This document shows positions 1 to 64,000 of a stretch of 64,000 nt of DNA, in pieces. The DNA is from Octopus vulgaris (taxonomy: Eukaryota), in NCBI GenBank assembly GCA_951406725.2, contig OX597820.1, positions 81,406,001 to 81,470,000 of the forward strand. The letters run 5' to 3'. Position 1 is the stretch's first letter. Each line of letters opens with the position of its first letter. The translations under genes were made by a program, and so were the position numbers. Under the pieces are notes generated by a model. The model made no database searches, was not told the DNA's origin, and worked only from the letters and a program-made list of their open reading frames with translations.

Positions 1-143
1 TCCCCGTAACTTAGTGGTTCGGCAAAAGAGACCGATAGAATAAGTACTAGGCTTACAAAGAATAAGTCCTGGGGTCGATTTGCTCGACTAAAGGCGGTGC
101 TCCAGCATGGCCGGAGTCAAATGACTGAAACAAGTAAAAGAGT
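1..143 (+). mobile_element. SINE family B, 3' part
   Basis: Near-identical to the reverse complement of copies at 54432, 62432 and 63245. Confidence 0.85.
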
Positions 144-262
144 ATGTATGTATGTATGTATGTATGTATGTATGTATGTATGTATGCATATATATATATA
201 TATATATTACGAAGATGTACTTGCATAGCAAGTGATTTGATCTGAGATCGTGTGCTGAAACG

Positions 263-500
263 AAAACAATTGCAGCGTGGAAGGTGTTTGTAAGCCATTT
301 AAGAAACACTCAAAAGCCGTTCGATTCACTTCAACATTTAAGTTTAGGAGATGCAGCACGGATTTTTGTCAGTGAACAGGTTGCGGTCTTAAAGCGACGA
401 AAATATTTTGACAAATTAAACTTAAATTTTGAAGTGAATCGAACGGCTTTTGTGTGTTTCTTAAATGGCTTACAAACACCTTCCACGCTGCAGTTGTTTT
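263..500. repeat. Inverted repeat: 84-bp arms (263-346 / 417-500), 70-nt spacer; foldback/MITE-like
   Basis: Arms are reverse-complementary with about 3 mismatches; (TA)n on both sides. Confidence 0.9.
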
Positions 501-502
501 TG

Positions 503-548
<46 letters not shown>

Positions 549-549
<1 letters not shown>

Positions 550-695
550 TGTATGGTAAGAAGCTTGCTTCCCAGCCTCATGGTTTGGGGTTCAGTTCCT
601 CTGCGTGGCATCTTGGACAAGTGCCTTCTGTAGATTTAGTTGATAGAGGCTCTGAAAGAAACCTCTTGTACGTACGTGTGTATGCATGTATGTAA

Positions 696-746
<51 letters not shown>

Positions 747-938
747 TGTGTGTGCGTGTGTGATGCGTCTTTAAGTCTGTGCTTGTTCATCCCACCGATT
801 GACAACTGGTGCTGGTATGTTTGTATCCCTGTAACTTAGCGGTTCGGAAAAAGACACCTATACATTCGACTAAAATTTTTCCGAAGTTGTGCTTCAGCAT
901 GTCTGTATTCTAAAAACTGAAACAAGTAAAAGATAAAA

Positions 939-940
<2 letters not shown>
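549..940 (+). mobile_element. SINE family B (tRNA-derived head, internal (TG)n), diverged
   Basis: tggtaagaagcttgctt...gggttcagt head and gactgaaacaagtaaaag-like tail shared with other copies. Confidence 0.8.
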
Positions 941-977
<37 letters not shown>

Positions 978-980
<3 letters not shown>

Positions 981-1368
981 TTCACTTTGACCGACCAGTC
1001 CGTCAGGCGTCCATTTGACACCGCTGGTCACAGCACGCTGTCCACTCCTCTCTGGATCGCGCCTTTCTCATCCACGTGATCCCAATCGTCCTCCTGAAAT
1101 CGTAATTCCACCGTCGTGGAGGTCTTCCGGGTGGTCTTTTCCGCTCACGCGGGTACCACTCATTCTACTGCTGAAAACATGGATCAGCTTCAGACCATGC
1201 TGACGGAGCTCGACATCAAAAGTTCTGCAGTAGGTCTCAAGATGAACCGCATGAAAACAAAGTTCATGCGGTCAGACAATGTACCAACAGGTCGAATGGT
1301 GATCGGCAGTGATGAAATAGAGGAGGTGAGAGAATATGTCTACCTGGGACAGGAAGTAAATATGTGCC

Positions 1369-1371
<3 letters not shown>
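978..1371 (-). mobile_element. RTE-clade LINE fragment with 5' inversion
   Basis: Minus 1161->978 encodes EWYPRERKRPPGRPPRRW...* (RTE C-terminus); plus 1163-1371 encodes GLKMNRMKTK...[11 protein letters not shown] (RT C-terminal region). Confidence 0.85.
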
Positions 1372-1456
<85 letters not shown>

Positions 1457-2326
1457 GACGGTGTGAAAGATAGTATTACCTATGTAGGATTATGGCGAGA
1501 AGTAACAGTGACTAAGTTATGGATGTAGAGAAGAAAGTGTGAAAAGTGAAAATCTGACCAAAACTAAGTCAAAATTGTTAGAATGTAGATCGGAGAGATC
1601 TCTATTACTACAGGTGTGTGAATGATATTAAAATGTGGGTACTTATACACGATATCGAGGATGCAAAACATCTCTTCAGTCACTTAGAATGATATTGTAA
1701 TTGATTAAAATTTTAAGGTGGGAAATCACGCGGGTATAATGTAGATGAGCTTGTGTCCTGTAGAGTGTTTTCTATGGAAACTGTGATGGTGATCAAAGAG
1801 AGGGGGTGGAGTGGAAAAGAGCGAGAGAGAAGGGGAGAAGAGGGAGATAGGTGGGTAGAGATATATACATTCAGAGTGATGACGAAAACAGTCATATAAA
1901 GCTGTTTGCATAATTTTCCAAATGTTAGATATGAGTGTGACTAGATAATTATAGAATATATTCTACAGGCACCAATTTTCAGAATGATAGAACGTAGTGG
2001 TATAGTTAAGGATGTTGGTGTCTATAACTTGACTAGTCAATACATAATGATCTGATAGTTAGGCAACACATAAGCTAAATATGATACAACAGCTGTGCCA
2101 AAAAAAAAAAAGAGAAAAATGAAGGCTATTTCAGTTTGTGTTTTCTTTTCAGTATACCGCAAGTTTATCAATGAACAGCTATGGAAACACAAATGTACAT
2201 CAATTACATTATATTATTATAGAAACAATCAGAAAGGAGAAGGAAGAGAAAGAGGGAGAAGAGGAGAGTGTGAAGAAGACAGAGAGAGAGAGAGAGAGAG
2301 AGGTCTAAAAATATGATTAAACTTAC

Positions 2327-55440
<53,114 letters not shown>

Positions 55441-55448
55441 CTGCAATG

Positions 55449-55517
<69 letters not shown>

Positions 55518-55520
<3 letters not shown>

Positions 55521-55769
55521 GGAACTGCTCATATCCTACGCAAAATACTCTCTATGTAATCCCAAGGTTTAAAACAAACATTTTTATTTTATTTTATTTA
55601 TTTATTTATTTATTTTTTAATTTAATTTTTTATGTATTAGACATTCACTAGTATAACACAAAAAAACCTCCCAAATATATGGCACAGAACTTCCAACCTG
55701 TTGTCTCTTGAGGTCTCTGGGTGAGACTTGGAGCCAACTTGTACAGACATAAAGCAACAGTCAAACATA

Positions 55770-55771
<2 letters not shown>
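55518..55771 (+). mobile_element. R4/Dong-like extreme 3' end in (AAT)n
   Basis: Matches 44385-44652. Confidence 0.88.
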
Positions 55772-55808
<37 letters not shown>

Positions 55809-56149
55809 TAATAATCAATAATAATAATAATGATAATAATAATAATAAGACTAACAACAACAATTATGGTTTCAAATTTTGGCACAAGGTCAGTAACTTT
55901 GAGGGGGAAGAGGTTAATCGATTACATCAAAACCCAGTACTTTACTGGTACTTTATTTTATCGACTACGGATGTAAGAAAAGCAAAGTTGATCTCGGTAG
56001 GTCATGAGGTCAACTATATATTTTATCCTTTTTAGGCCAATAAAATAGAATACCAGTCAAGTAGTGCGTTTCATGGTATCCACTAATCCCATTCTCTCAA
56101 ACGTGCTGGCCATGTACGTAAATTAGGAACTATTATTACTCTTGCAGTT

Positions 56150-56212
<63 letters not shown>

Positions 56213-56239
56213 TATTATTATTATTATTATTATTATAAC

Positions 56240-56271
<32 letters not shown>

Positions 56272-56273
<2 letters not shown>

Positions 56274-56560
56274 GGCACATAACTAGAGAGTTAACCTAAG
56301 GAAGGAGCAAGTGTCTCCGCTATGTCGCATCTGCAATAGAGCGGATGAATCCATTGCACATATCACGAACGAATGCTCTACACTTGCCGAAAACCAAGAC
56401 AAATTGTGGTGACACGACCAGGTAGTGAAAATGCTACATTGGAAACTGTGCAAAAAGGAAGGGCTAGACAGAGGCAAGGGGCATGAGTACAAACCACAGA
56501 GTGTGGCCCAGTCGGAGAGTAGCAAAATCCTAATTACAGAGGAGACATACAAAGACATGC
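56272..56560 (+). mobile_element. R4/Dong-like CCHC fragment
   Basis: SPLCRICNRADESIAHITNEC...HDQVVKMLHWKLC. Confidence 0.8.
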
Positions 56561-57214
56561 GGTAACATAAAACACATGAAGGATGAATGTGAAATGGATA
56601 TATTTACAATGCAAATGAGCCGGCCATCTCGCTTTACCATTAACTTTTACAGAACCTTTAGTCTCGATCCGAGGCGAAACCGTGACTTCCCTCTTCGCTT
56701 TTACCCTAGCGTAATAAACTTTTCAAACCAATGTTCATACAGTCCTTACTTATTTCTTTTCCTTTTTTTTTAAACTAAAGGAGAACCAAATGTTTATCAT
56801 AGTGTTCAAAGAAAAACTTTAGGAAACCTGTTGTTTTAACATTATCAAAATTTACCTTGTTTTTTTTTCTCTAAAAAGTTCAAACAATCATTTCTCTCAG
56901 TTACAGTCTTTACACTATTATAATGACTTACCACTACTATCTCTCACACTGTCTTTCAATTCTGCACTCTTTCGAAGTTGGGGCGTTATATCTCACTATA
57001 AGTTTTCTTTTCGTTTGTGCTTTTCATGTCTCTTTTTGTTCATATTTTCCTGTTGTTTTATGGGTTCTTGTATTTCCGTCTCTAAGTCTTTGTGTTCGTG
57101 TATTTGTGTGTCTGTATGTTCGTTTGACTGTAACTCTACGTGTTTGGTCTGTGTGTTTATGTCTTTAGGTTTCCGTAATTCTGGGTTGTCTTGTTTCTGT
57201 TGACGATGTATGAA

Positions 57215-57985
57215 GCTTATCATCCAAAAGCTGATATCAAATGGCTGTATTTGGGGAGAAACTAGGGTGGAAGAGACTTAATAGCCGTAGAAGAATGTGT
57301 GCGGATGAAAAGAAAAAGTTTAGTAGAGTATTTGCAGAGCAGCACTGAAAAATTATTAAAGGTAGTTAAGAAGAACAGGTGATGAAGCGCATAATAGGAG
57401 AAAAGGACAAAAATGAAATACAATGAGAGCACATCAGACAGATCGAAAAGAAACCTTTATATGGCCGATTTTGGAGAACCACTGAAAACGTATGTGGAAC
57501 AAAATCCTGAGCTTGGTTAAAAAGGGGGCAAATAAAAAAAGAAACAGAGGGCCTAATTGTAGCAGCCCAAAATCAAGCGATAAAAACATACAACTTAAGA
57601 AAAATATATATGGAGAGAATGTGTCAGAAAAACCTCACTTGGAACGAGACAGTGGCACATTTTATGGAAGAATGCCCCAAGATGGCACATGAAGAATATA
57701 AAAAACGGAGGCAAGACCAGGTTGTAAAAGTTTTACCTTGGAAACTGTGCCAGAAATGGGGATTTGAAGCTGGTAACACATGGCACAATCATCGAGTCGA
57801 TAGAGTACTAGATTCGGAGATTGGTATAGAATGGTTAAAGGAGACTGGAATAGAATGACCTGTAGAGCTTCTACAGAAAGTTTGCCTTTCAGGGATAGGA
57901 AAGGTTATCAGGAGGGTTCTAAGCACTTAGTTACTTGCAACCCACATAAATCCTACCCGGAATAAGACCGAATCTGAGTCAAATC
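57215..57985 (+). mobile_element. R4/Dong-like 3' half, decayed
   Basis: HPKADI..LY, ETVAHFMEECP...DQV..VL.WKLC; tail shared with 13860-13925; followed by (TAC)n(TAA)n. Confidence 0.82.
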
Positions 57986-57996
57986 AACAACAACAA

Positions 57997-58064
<68 letters not shown>

Positions 58065-58500
58065 ATAATAATAATAATAATAATAATGATAATAATATGT
58101 TAAACCAACATCCAGTTACTAGGCTCATTGCAGTTCAATAAAAATCTATAATTGGATGACTAGGGTCCCTAGAAGGTGTCCAGATATAGCCCATCTATTT
58201 TCCTTTAACCGTCAAAGGGAAATAACCCATCTATTTTCTTTATCTTTCTCTTTTGACTTTTCTTCCTCCATTTATTAGAGAAGCAATATCATTAGAGTGA
58301 CCGCTTGCCAGAGATTACTCTTTGAAGTATGACGTTCATGCTGGTATTTACGGTCCAGGCCAAATTTTTCATTGCTTTGAGTTTCTACCTATCACAATGG
58401 AGCAGCGTTGACATACAAATTAATATGGATATTCCTGACTGGAAAAAATGTAAGGATATGGATAATCTTGATTGTATGGTTTTATTTTTGTCTGTTTATT

Positions 58501-58640
58501 ACTAGGCATAGTTTTATGTTTGTCGTACTCTTTACGCCAATTTCGAACATTAGCTTCATTAACATTAAAATGCCTTCCGGCAGCTCTACTGCTACGTTCA
58601 AATGCATATTCAATATATTTAATTTTTCCTTCGCAGTAAA
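58501..58640 (-). mobile_element. Pogo-like transposase N-terminal (Brinker-type HTH) remnant
   Basis: FTAKEKL/frameshift/KYIEYAFERSSRAAGRHFNVNEANVRNWRK. Confidence 0.65.
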
Positions 58641-59878
58641 CAATTCATAAGTTCTGCCGATACCGACAATAACGGTAATGACAAATTTTAAAGTTTATTT
58701 GACATTTTATGAGTGTGAAAGGGATTAAAATTTCGTTACTCCGTATCAAAGGTTCCTACAAGAATTGGGGAAAATCAGAACTTGAGCCAAGAAGACAGAA
58801 TTCCGTTTATATAATCAGTTTGATCGGTCACCTTCCTCTGTCGGTTGAGTAAAGTGTCATTCAAGTTGATGTTTATTGGCAATTAAACTTAATTTGTAAC
58901 ACCTGTGCGTATTTATCAGCTTTGTTTTGGTTGATAATTCTTATCAGCAACTTTTCCTGTGATCGTGATTAGTGTAGATATACAGCAGTATGCCAAAGAT
59001 TGGACATAATCTCTTGTGGGCAAGAAATGTAAAATAAAGTTTATTATAAACAACACAAACATTTTGTAATTAAATAGCTTTCAATGTGATGCCTGTTAAA
59101 CAGAAATTATTTTTATTTCATAAAAATTTAATAAAATCTAATCATAAAAGAAATTATGCTAAATACTACTAAATTGAAAACCTTTTTCCCCTGGCCATAT
59201 CGGCAATTCTGAAAACTTTTGGATGCGAATCTTACACGAGAAGAAGCTTTTAATAAGTTTTATCCTGAAAAATCACCTGCGTAAATTACACAACTGCGCA
59301 AATTACATGGGGTTTTACGGCTTTTGAACTGTCAGGGTTATTTTCACACTTTGCCCAGAACAACACTTAAACAAGAAAATAGTATTTTCCTTAACAATAG
59401 AACCACTTATTTCGGTTAATGACTTATTTACCAATATACCATGAATGACGATGCCTTTCATGTCACTTTTCAGACTTACTTTAAATTGTATACACATACA
59501 CAGTAATACCTCACCTTATGAGAAGCCCTTTACGAAACACTGGGTTCTATTCACGAGTTTTAGCTTAAAAATAAAAGCGTACTTCTATATATATATATAT
59601 ACATTCGCCCGATACAACCACAAAATTATTCTACCCTGTGTCAGTGTACCTACGTATAACGGCCGAGAACAACATGCTAAGGAGAGCTCAGTATATCTAG
59701 TGGGATATCATTTTTTTATACAAAGCACCTGGTGACACAGCCTGCACTGACTGATGCAACACAACTAGATGCCCAATATCGTACGCCTAAAGGGTAGCTG
59801 TAGGATGGGTCGAAACGAGCATCGTGCTGAATAAAGTTTCGTACTAAATCCATCTTCCGTTTTTTTCATCAATTATGT

Positions 59879-59934
<56 letters not shown>

Positions 59935-61014
59935 GTGTAGCGTTGCCGCGCTAAGCAAGGAGCAAAATTAACAAACTTTTAGATGAATTCACATATGTTT
60001 AGGATATATTTCGACCTGTAAAAAATGCATTTTCAATGCAGTTTGTCGATGGAGAAAAATTTTTGCTTCTGGTAAATTGTGTTAAAAACACCAAAGTTAG
60101 ATATTTGCAGTTTCTGCCCTTTACGCTCTCATCTGTACCAGATACCGGTGATACAGCTCTAAACCGAGTGGAAGTCTTCGCTCTTGCAAGAAATTATTAA
60201 ACAATACCTCACAAAGGACGCCAGGCTGATACATCATTAGCGCTCAAAGCAATAGTTTATAGCAAACAAACTTTTAGATGATTTCAAAGGCAATTTCACT
60301 GCAGTGGTGTGTCAGAGAAAATTCTCGCTTAAGGCAAATGGCTTTAAAAGCACCATGGTCAGTTCAGAGGTACACTATAGAATGAAAATGCATTATGAGC
60401 AGTCAGTATAGTGTTGATATCTGGTATTGAAGAAAACATAAAAATTTCGAAATTATTAATATTAAGAGTTTATTATTTTGTTGTTACTGTTATTATTAAT
60501 ACTACTTTATCATCACGGTTTAGTACTAGTTATAGCTATGATTTACTACTGATCTACCGACTTTATATATATTGCTCTCGCTCTTTCTTCTCCTCTTCTC
60601 TCCTCATCTTCCGCCTCCTCCTTCGTCTAGAGAATGAGAAGAGGAAAAAGTGAGAGCGGTAAGTGTGGAAGGAAAAGGGGATGAAGGAAGAGGAGGAGGA
60701 TTAATATGAGAATTTGGCTTTATTACATATCCCTACAATTGTTTCAACGTTTCATTGCTGAATGTTACATATATTATTAAGAACATTGGACTAATATCAC
60801 TCAGCAATAGTAGTATAAGCGTCTCTTCGGGTGACTAGCTTTGTTATATATTCATGCAAATTCAAATATTCAGTAAATTTCACAGTATCAGAAAATGGTA
60901 AAATGTTCAAGTGTTCAATAGATTTCATAATAATCTTATATGATAAAGAGATCATTAAAAGGCACAATTCATTATAAGACCCAGTTGATCTTGAACCCCG
61001 AAACCAATTCTCCT

Positions 61015-61154
<140 letters not shown>

Positions 61155-61829
61155 TTAATTATATACATACAAACACACGTATATGTATGTATATATACGT
61201 ATACATATATGTTCTTTTATACACACACACACATACACATAATGTGTGCGTGTGCGCGTATGTATGCGTGTGTGTGCGTGAGTGAGTATAATTGATTTGC
61301 AGAGTTATTTCCATTCCAGATTTCAGTGACATCTGTGGTTTTAAGCACATTTAATATTCAACGTCATCCATTCGCCATATGCTCATTCCATTTTGATCAA
61401 TTCTACTTTCCACGATAACTGCAGTCAAGTAAATAACGTACCACGCTTTGGGCAGCCGATATAGATCGATAGAGTTTCACTATTGTGTGTTGTAGGTCAA
61501 TAGAGCAGTGAACTCTGTACTCTGTTAACTAATTTCATTACTAACGTCAGAGTGATTGGGACGCTAGAAATATGATATAATAAGAAAAGAACTTGATACA
61601 AATATATTTTGGCGTAAATCTTTTCAGACCTGTACTGTCCATAAACTCTCTATAATTTAATAATTGATAAAAAATTGATCAAAATAAGATCAAAAATTCG
61701 GAAACAGAGGAAGTGTATGTAACTAGTAACTGATGGTTTATTTCATCGGCAGGCTGAATTTGAACATAAAATGCCACAATGAATATCGCCGACATACCAG
61801 TTTGCTTTCACAATAGACTTCTGTTAGTG

Positions 61830-62345
61830 TCAATTTGCTGGCAGGCATTTTACAGCAGCGTACATTGGTGACTGTAGCCCCTCTTTTCAGGTCTACAGTC
61901 TCTTTTGCGTCCTCCCAAAACGGTTAGTATTACTTTTGCGTAAGTTTGGGTCTTGGATTGCTTTTTCGCTAGCGATTCCGAGTGCTTCCTTTTTTAATTC
62001 TAGCTCAAAAGCGGTGGACCCACGTCTCATCTCTTGTGACTATTCTCTCCAAAAGAGCTTCGCCTTCCTCGTTGTAGAGGTCGAGGAAGCGTTGACAGAT
62101 CTCTATGCAATCGCGCTTATGCGCATTGGTAAGCTCTCTTGGCACCAATGTCACACAGACTTTACGGTGCGAAGCTTTCTGCGGATGATTTCGTTTACAT
62201 TACCGTGACCAATTTGCAGAGAACATGCCACCTCATCGATGGTCACTCGTCAGTTGACCAGAACTCTCTCTCTCTCGACCTTGTTGAATTTTCATGTCAG
62301 TAGTGGAGGTTGATGAGCGTCCTGCTCCCTCTTCGTCCCTAAAAC
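61830..62345 (-). mobile_element. Mariner transposase remnant
   Basis: GRSSTS, RVTIDEVA, RKVC..LVPRELT, LERIVTRDETWVH motifs with frameshifts. Confidence 0.88.
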
Positions 62346-62431
62346 TTTCAGTCCTTGAAACTTTCAGACCAGAAAAATCGAATCACAGATCCCCATTCTT
62401 CCGTGGTACACATAGCCAACAGTCATGTTAA

Positions 62432-62687
62432 CTCTTTACTCTCTTTTACTCTTTTACTTGTTTCAGTCATTTGACTGCGGCCATGCTGGAGCACCGCTTT
62501 TAGTCGAGCAAATCGACCCCAGGATTTATTCTTTGTAAGCCTAGTACTTATTCTATCGGTCCCTATTTGCCGAACCGCTAAGTTACGGGGACGTAAACAC
62601 ACCAGCATCAGTTGTCAAGCGATGTTTGGGGGGGGAGAACAAAAACAGACACACAAACATACACGCACGAACACACACACATATATG

Positions 62688-62758
<71 letters not shown>

Positions 62759-62908
62759 CGGGTTTCTTTCAGTTTCCGTCTACCAAATCCACTAACAAGG
62801 CTTTGGTCGACCCGAGGCTATAGTAAAAGACACTTGCCTAAAGTGCAACGCAGTGGGACTGAATCCGGAACCATGTGGTTCATAAGCAAGCTACTTACCA
62901 CGCAGCCT
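62432..62908 (-). mobile_element. SINE family B
   Basis: Consensus match with internal (TA)n. Confidence 0.88.
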
Positions 62909-63099
62909 ATAACAAAAGAAAGAAAACTGAAGTGATCAAAGTCAAACCTTGGTTATGTAACCACGAGAGTACCATCTTTTATCACGTGACCGCGCGGCCA
63001 ACCCAAAAAGTCTGGGTGGAAGTACGGACAACTTTTGACTTCCCATTGTGTTTAATATACAGCGTCCTGTGAAATATCCTTACGCAATGCCGAGTACGA

Positions 63100-63634
63100 G
63101 CACAAGGTTTTGGTAGATCTGAAGGTATAGTAGAAGACGCTTGTTCAAGGTGTGACACAGTGGCACTGGACTCGGAGCATGCGGTTGGGAAGCAAGTTTC
63201 TTACCACACAGCCGCGCCTGCGTCTTGTACATATATACTCTGTTACTCTTTACCCTTTTACTTGTTTCAGTCATTTGACTGCGGCCATGCTGGAGCACCG
63301 CCTTTAGTCGAGCAAATCGACTCCAGGACTTATTCTTTGTAAGCCTAGTACTTATTCTATCGGACTCTTTTTGCCGAACCGCTAAATTACGGGGACGTAA
63401 ACACACCAGCATCGGTTGTCAAGCGATGGTGGTGGTGGTGGTGATGGTGGTGGTGGGACAAACACAGACATACACATACATACAACAGTTTCCGTCTATC
63501 AAATCCACTCACAAGGCTTTGGTCGGCCCGAGGCTATAGTAGAAGACACTTGTCCAAGGTGCCACGCAGTCGGACTGAACCCGGAAGCGTGTGGTTGATA
63601 AGTTAGATACTTACCACACAGCCACTCCTGCGCC
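63100..63634 (-). mobile_element. SINE family B: partial head copy plus full copy (63245-63634)
   Basis: Consensus match. Confidence 0.85.
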
Positions 63635-64000
63635 TTTACAAAGAAACACATTCACAGAATTATTGTAGACGGTAGGGTGCGTTTGAGGGGGAGTTGGCTG
63701 CTATTTCTAATATATCGTGCAGTCACGTAGAAATTTCCTCACTGAGGTCGTTTTTTTCATTGCCCATATGATTCTTTAGAAATATCCATTGACACATTTT
63801 AATGTAAAGCATATTTGGATGTATGTTTGTATGAATGCAACTGTGTATGTGGTGGTGGTGGTGGGGGTAGAATGTTACGGAAGTATATATTTTTGAAATT
63901 ACGTATGCTGATGTTTGTGATTAAGTACCTGTGTATTTGCACGTCGCTTTCTATATGTGCATGTTCGTACATGTGTACGTATTTATCTCTACATGTCACC

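Noticed and set aside
1640-1686. Minus-strand CUGAAGA-GAUG(UUUUG)CAUC-CUC-GAUA hammerhead-like motif, and an overlapping 'ILDIVY' peptide resembling the next TMC motif
   Set aside because: GAAA is broken and stem I does not form. The peptide has no acceptor, hits a stop quickly and lacks the following conserved TMC residues.
56750-59565. Donor-like sites (56750, 59480, 59515) as candidates for the upstream TMC exon
   Set aside because: None gives an open frame ending in the required phase 2; the upstream exon is probably outside the window or not recognisable by eye.

Overview
AT-rich, microsatellite- and retroelement-dense eukaryotic DNA. The SINE families and repeat landscape point to an octopus or other coleoid cephalopod; this is an inference, not a database result. 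The window lies inside one large minus-strand gene of the transmembrane channel-like (TMC) family. I reconstructed ten internal coding exons (55440->2327; 1260 nt, about 420 codons), all with GT-AG boundaries and mutually consistent phases. The translation includes the TMC motifs 'E-G-YHGSGVASYF..RW' and 'CWESYIGQQFYKL'; neither the start nor the stop codon was found. Introns hold tRNA-derived SINEs and decayed R4/Dong-like, RTE, Tx1/L1, Penelope-like, Tc1/mariner and pogo-like fragments. The most notable signals are: (i) minimal hammerhead-ribozyme motifs on the pre-mRNA strand, including a tandem pair with predicted cleavage sites 173 nt apart, each locus a few hundred nt upstream of a splice acceptor; (ii) a near-perfect hairpin with 132-bp arms; (iii) an acceptor whose pyrimidine tract is a (TAT)n microsatellite; (iv) a 309-bp direct repeat bracketing an exon. 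Almost all ORFs in the supplied track are microsatellite or transposon artefacts. Repeat boundaries are approximate.
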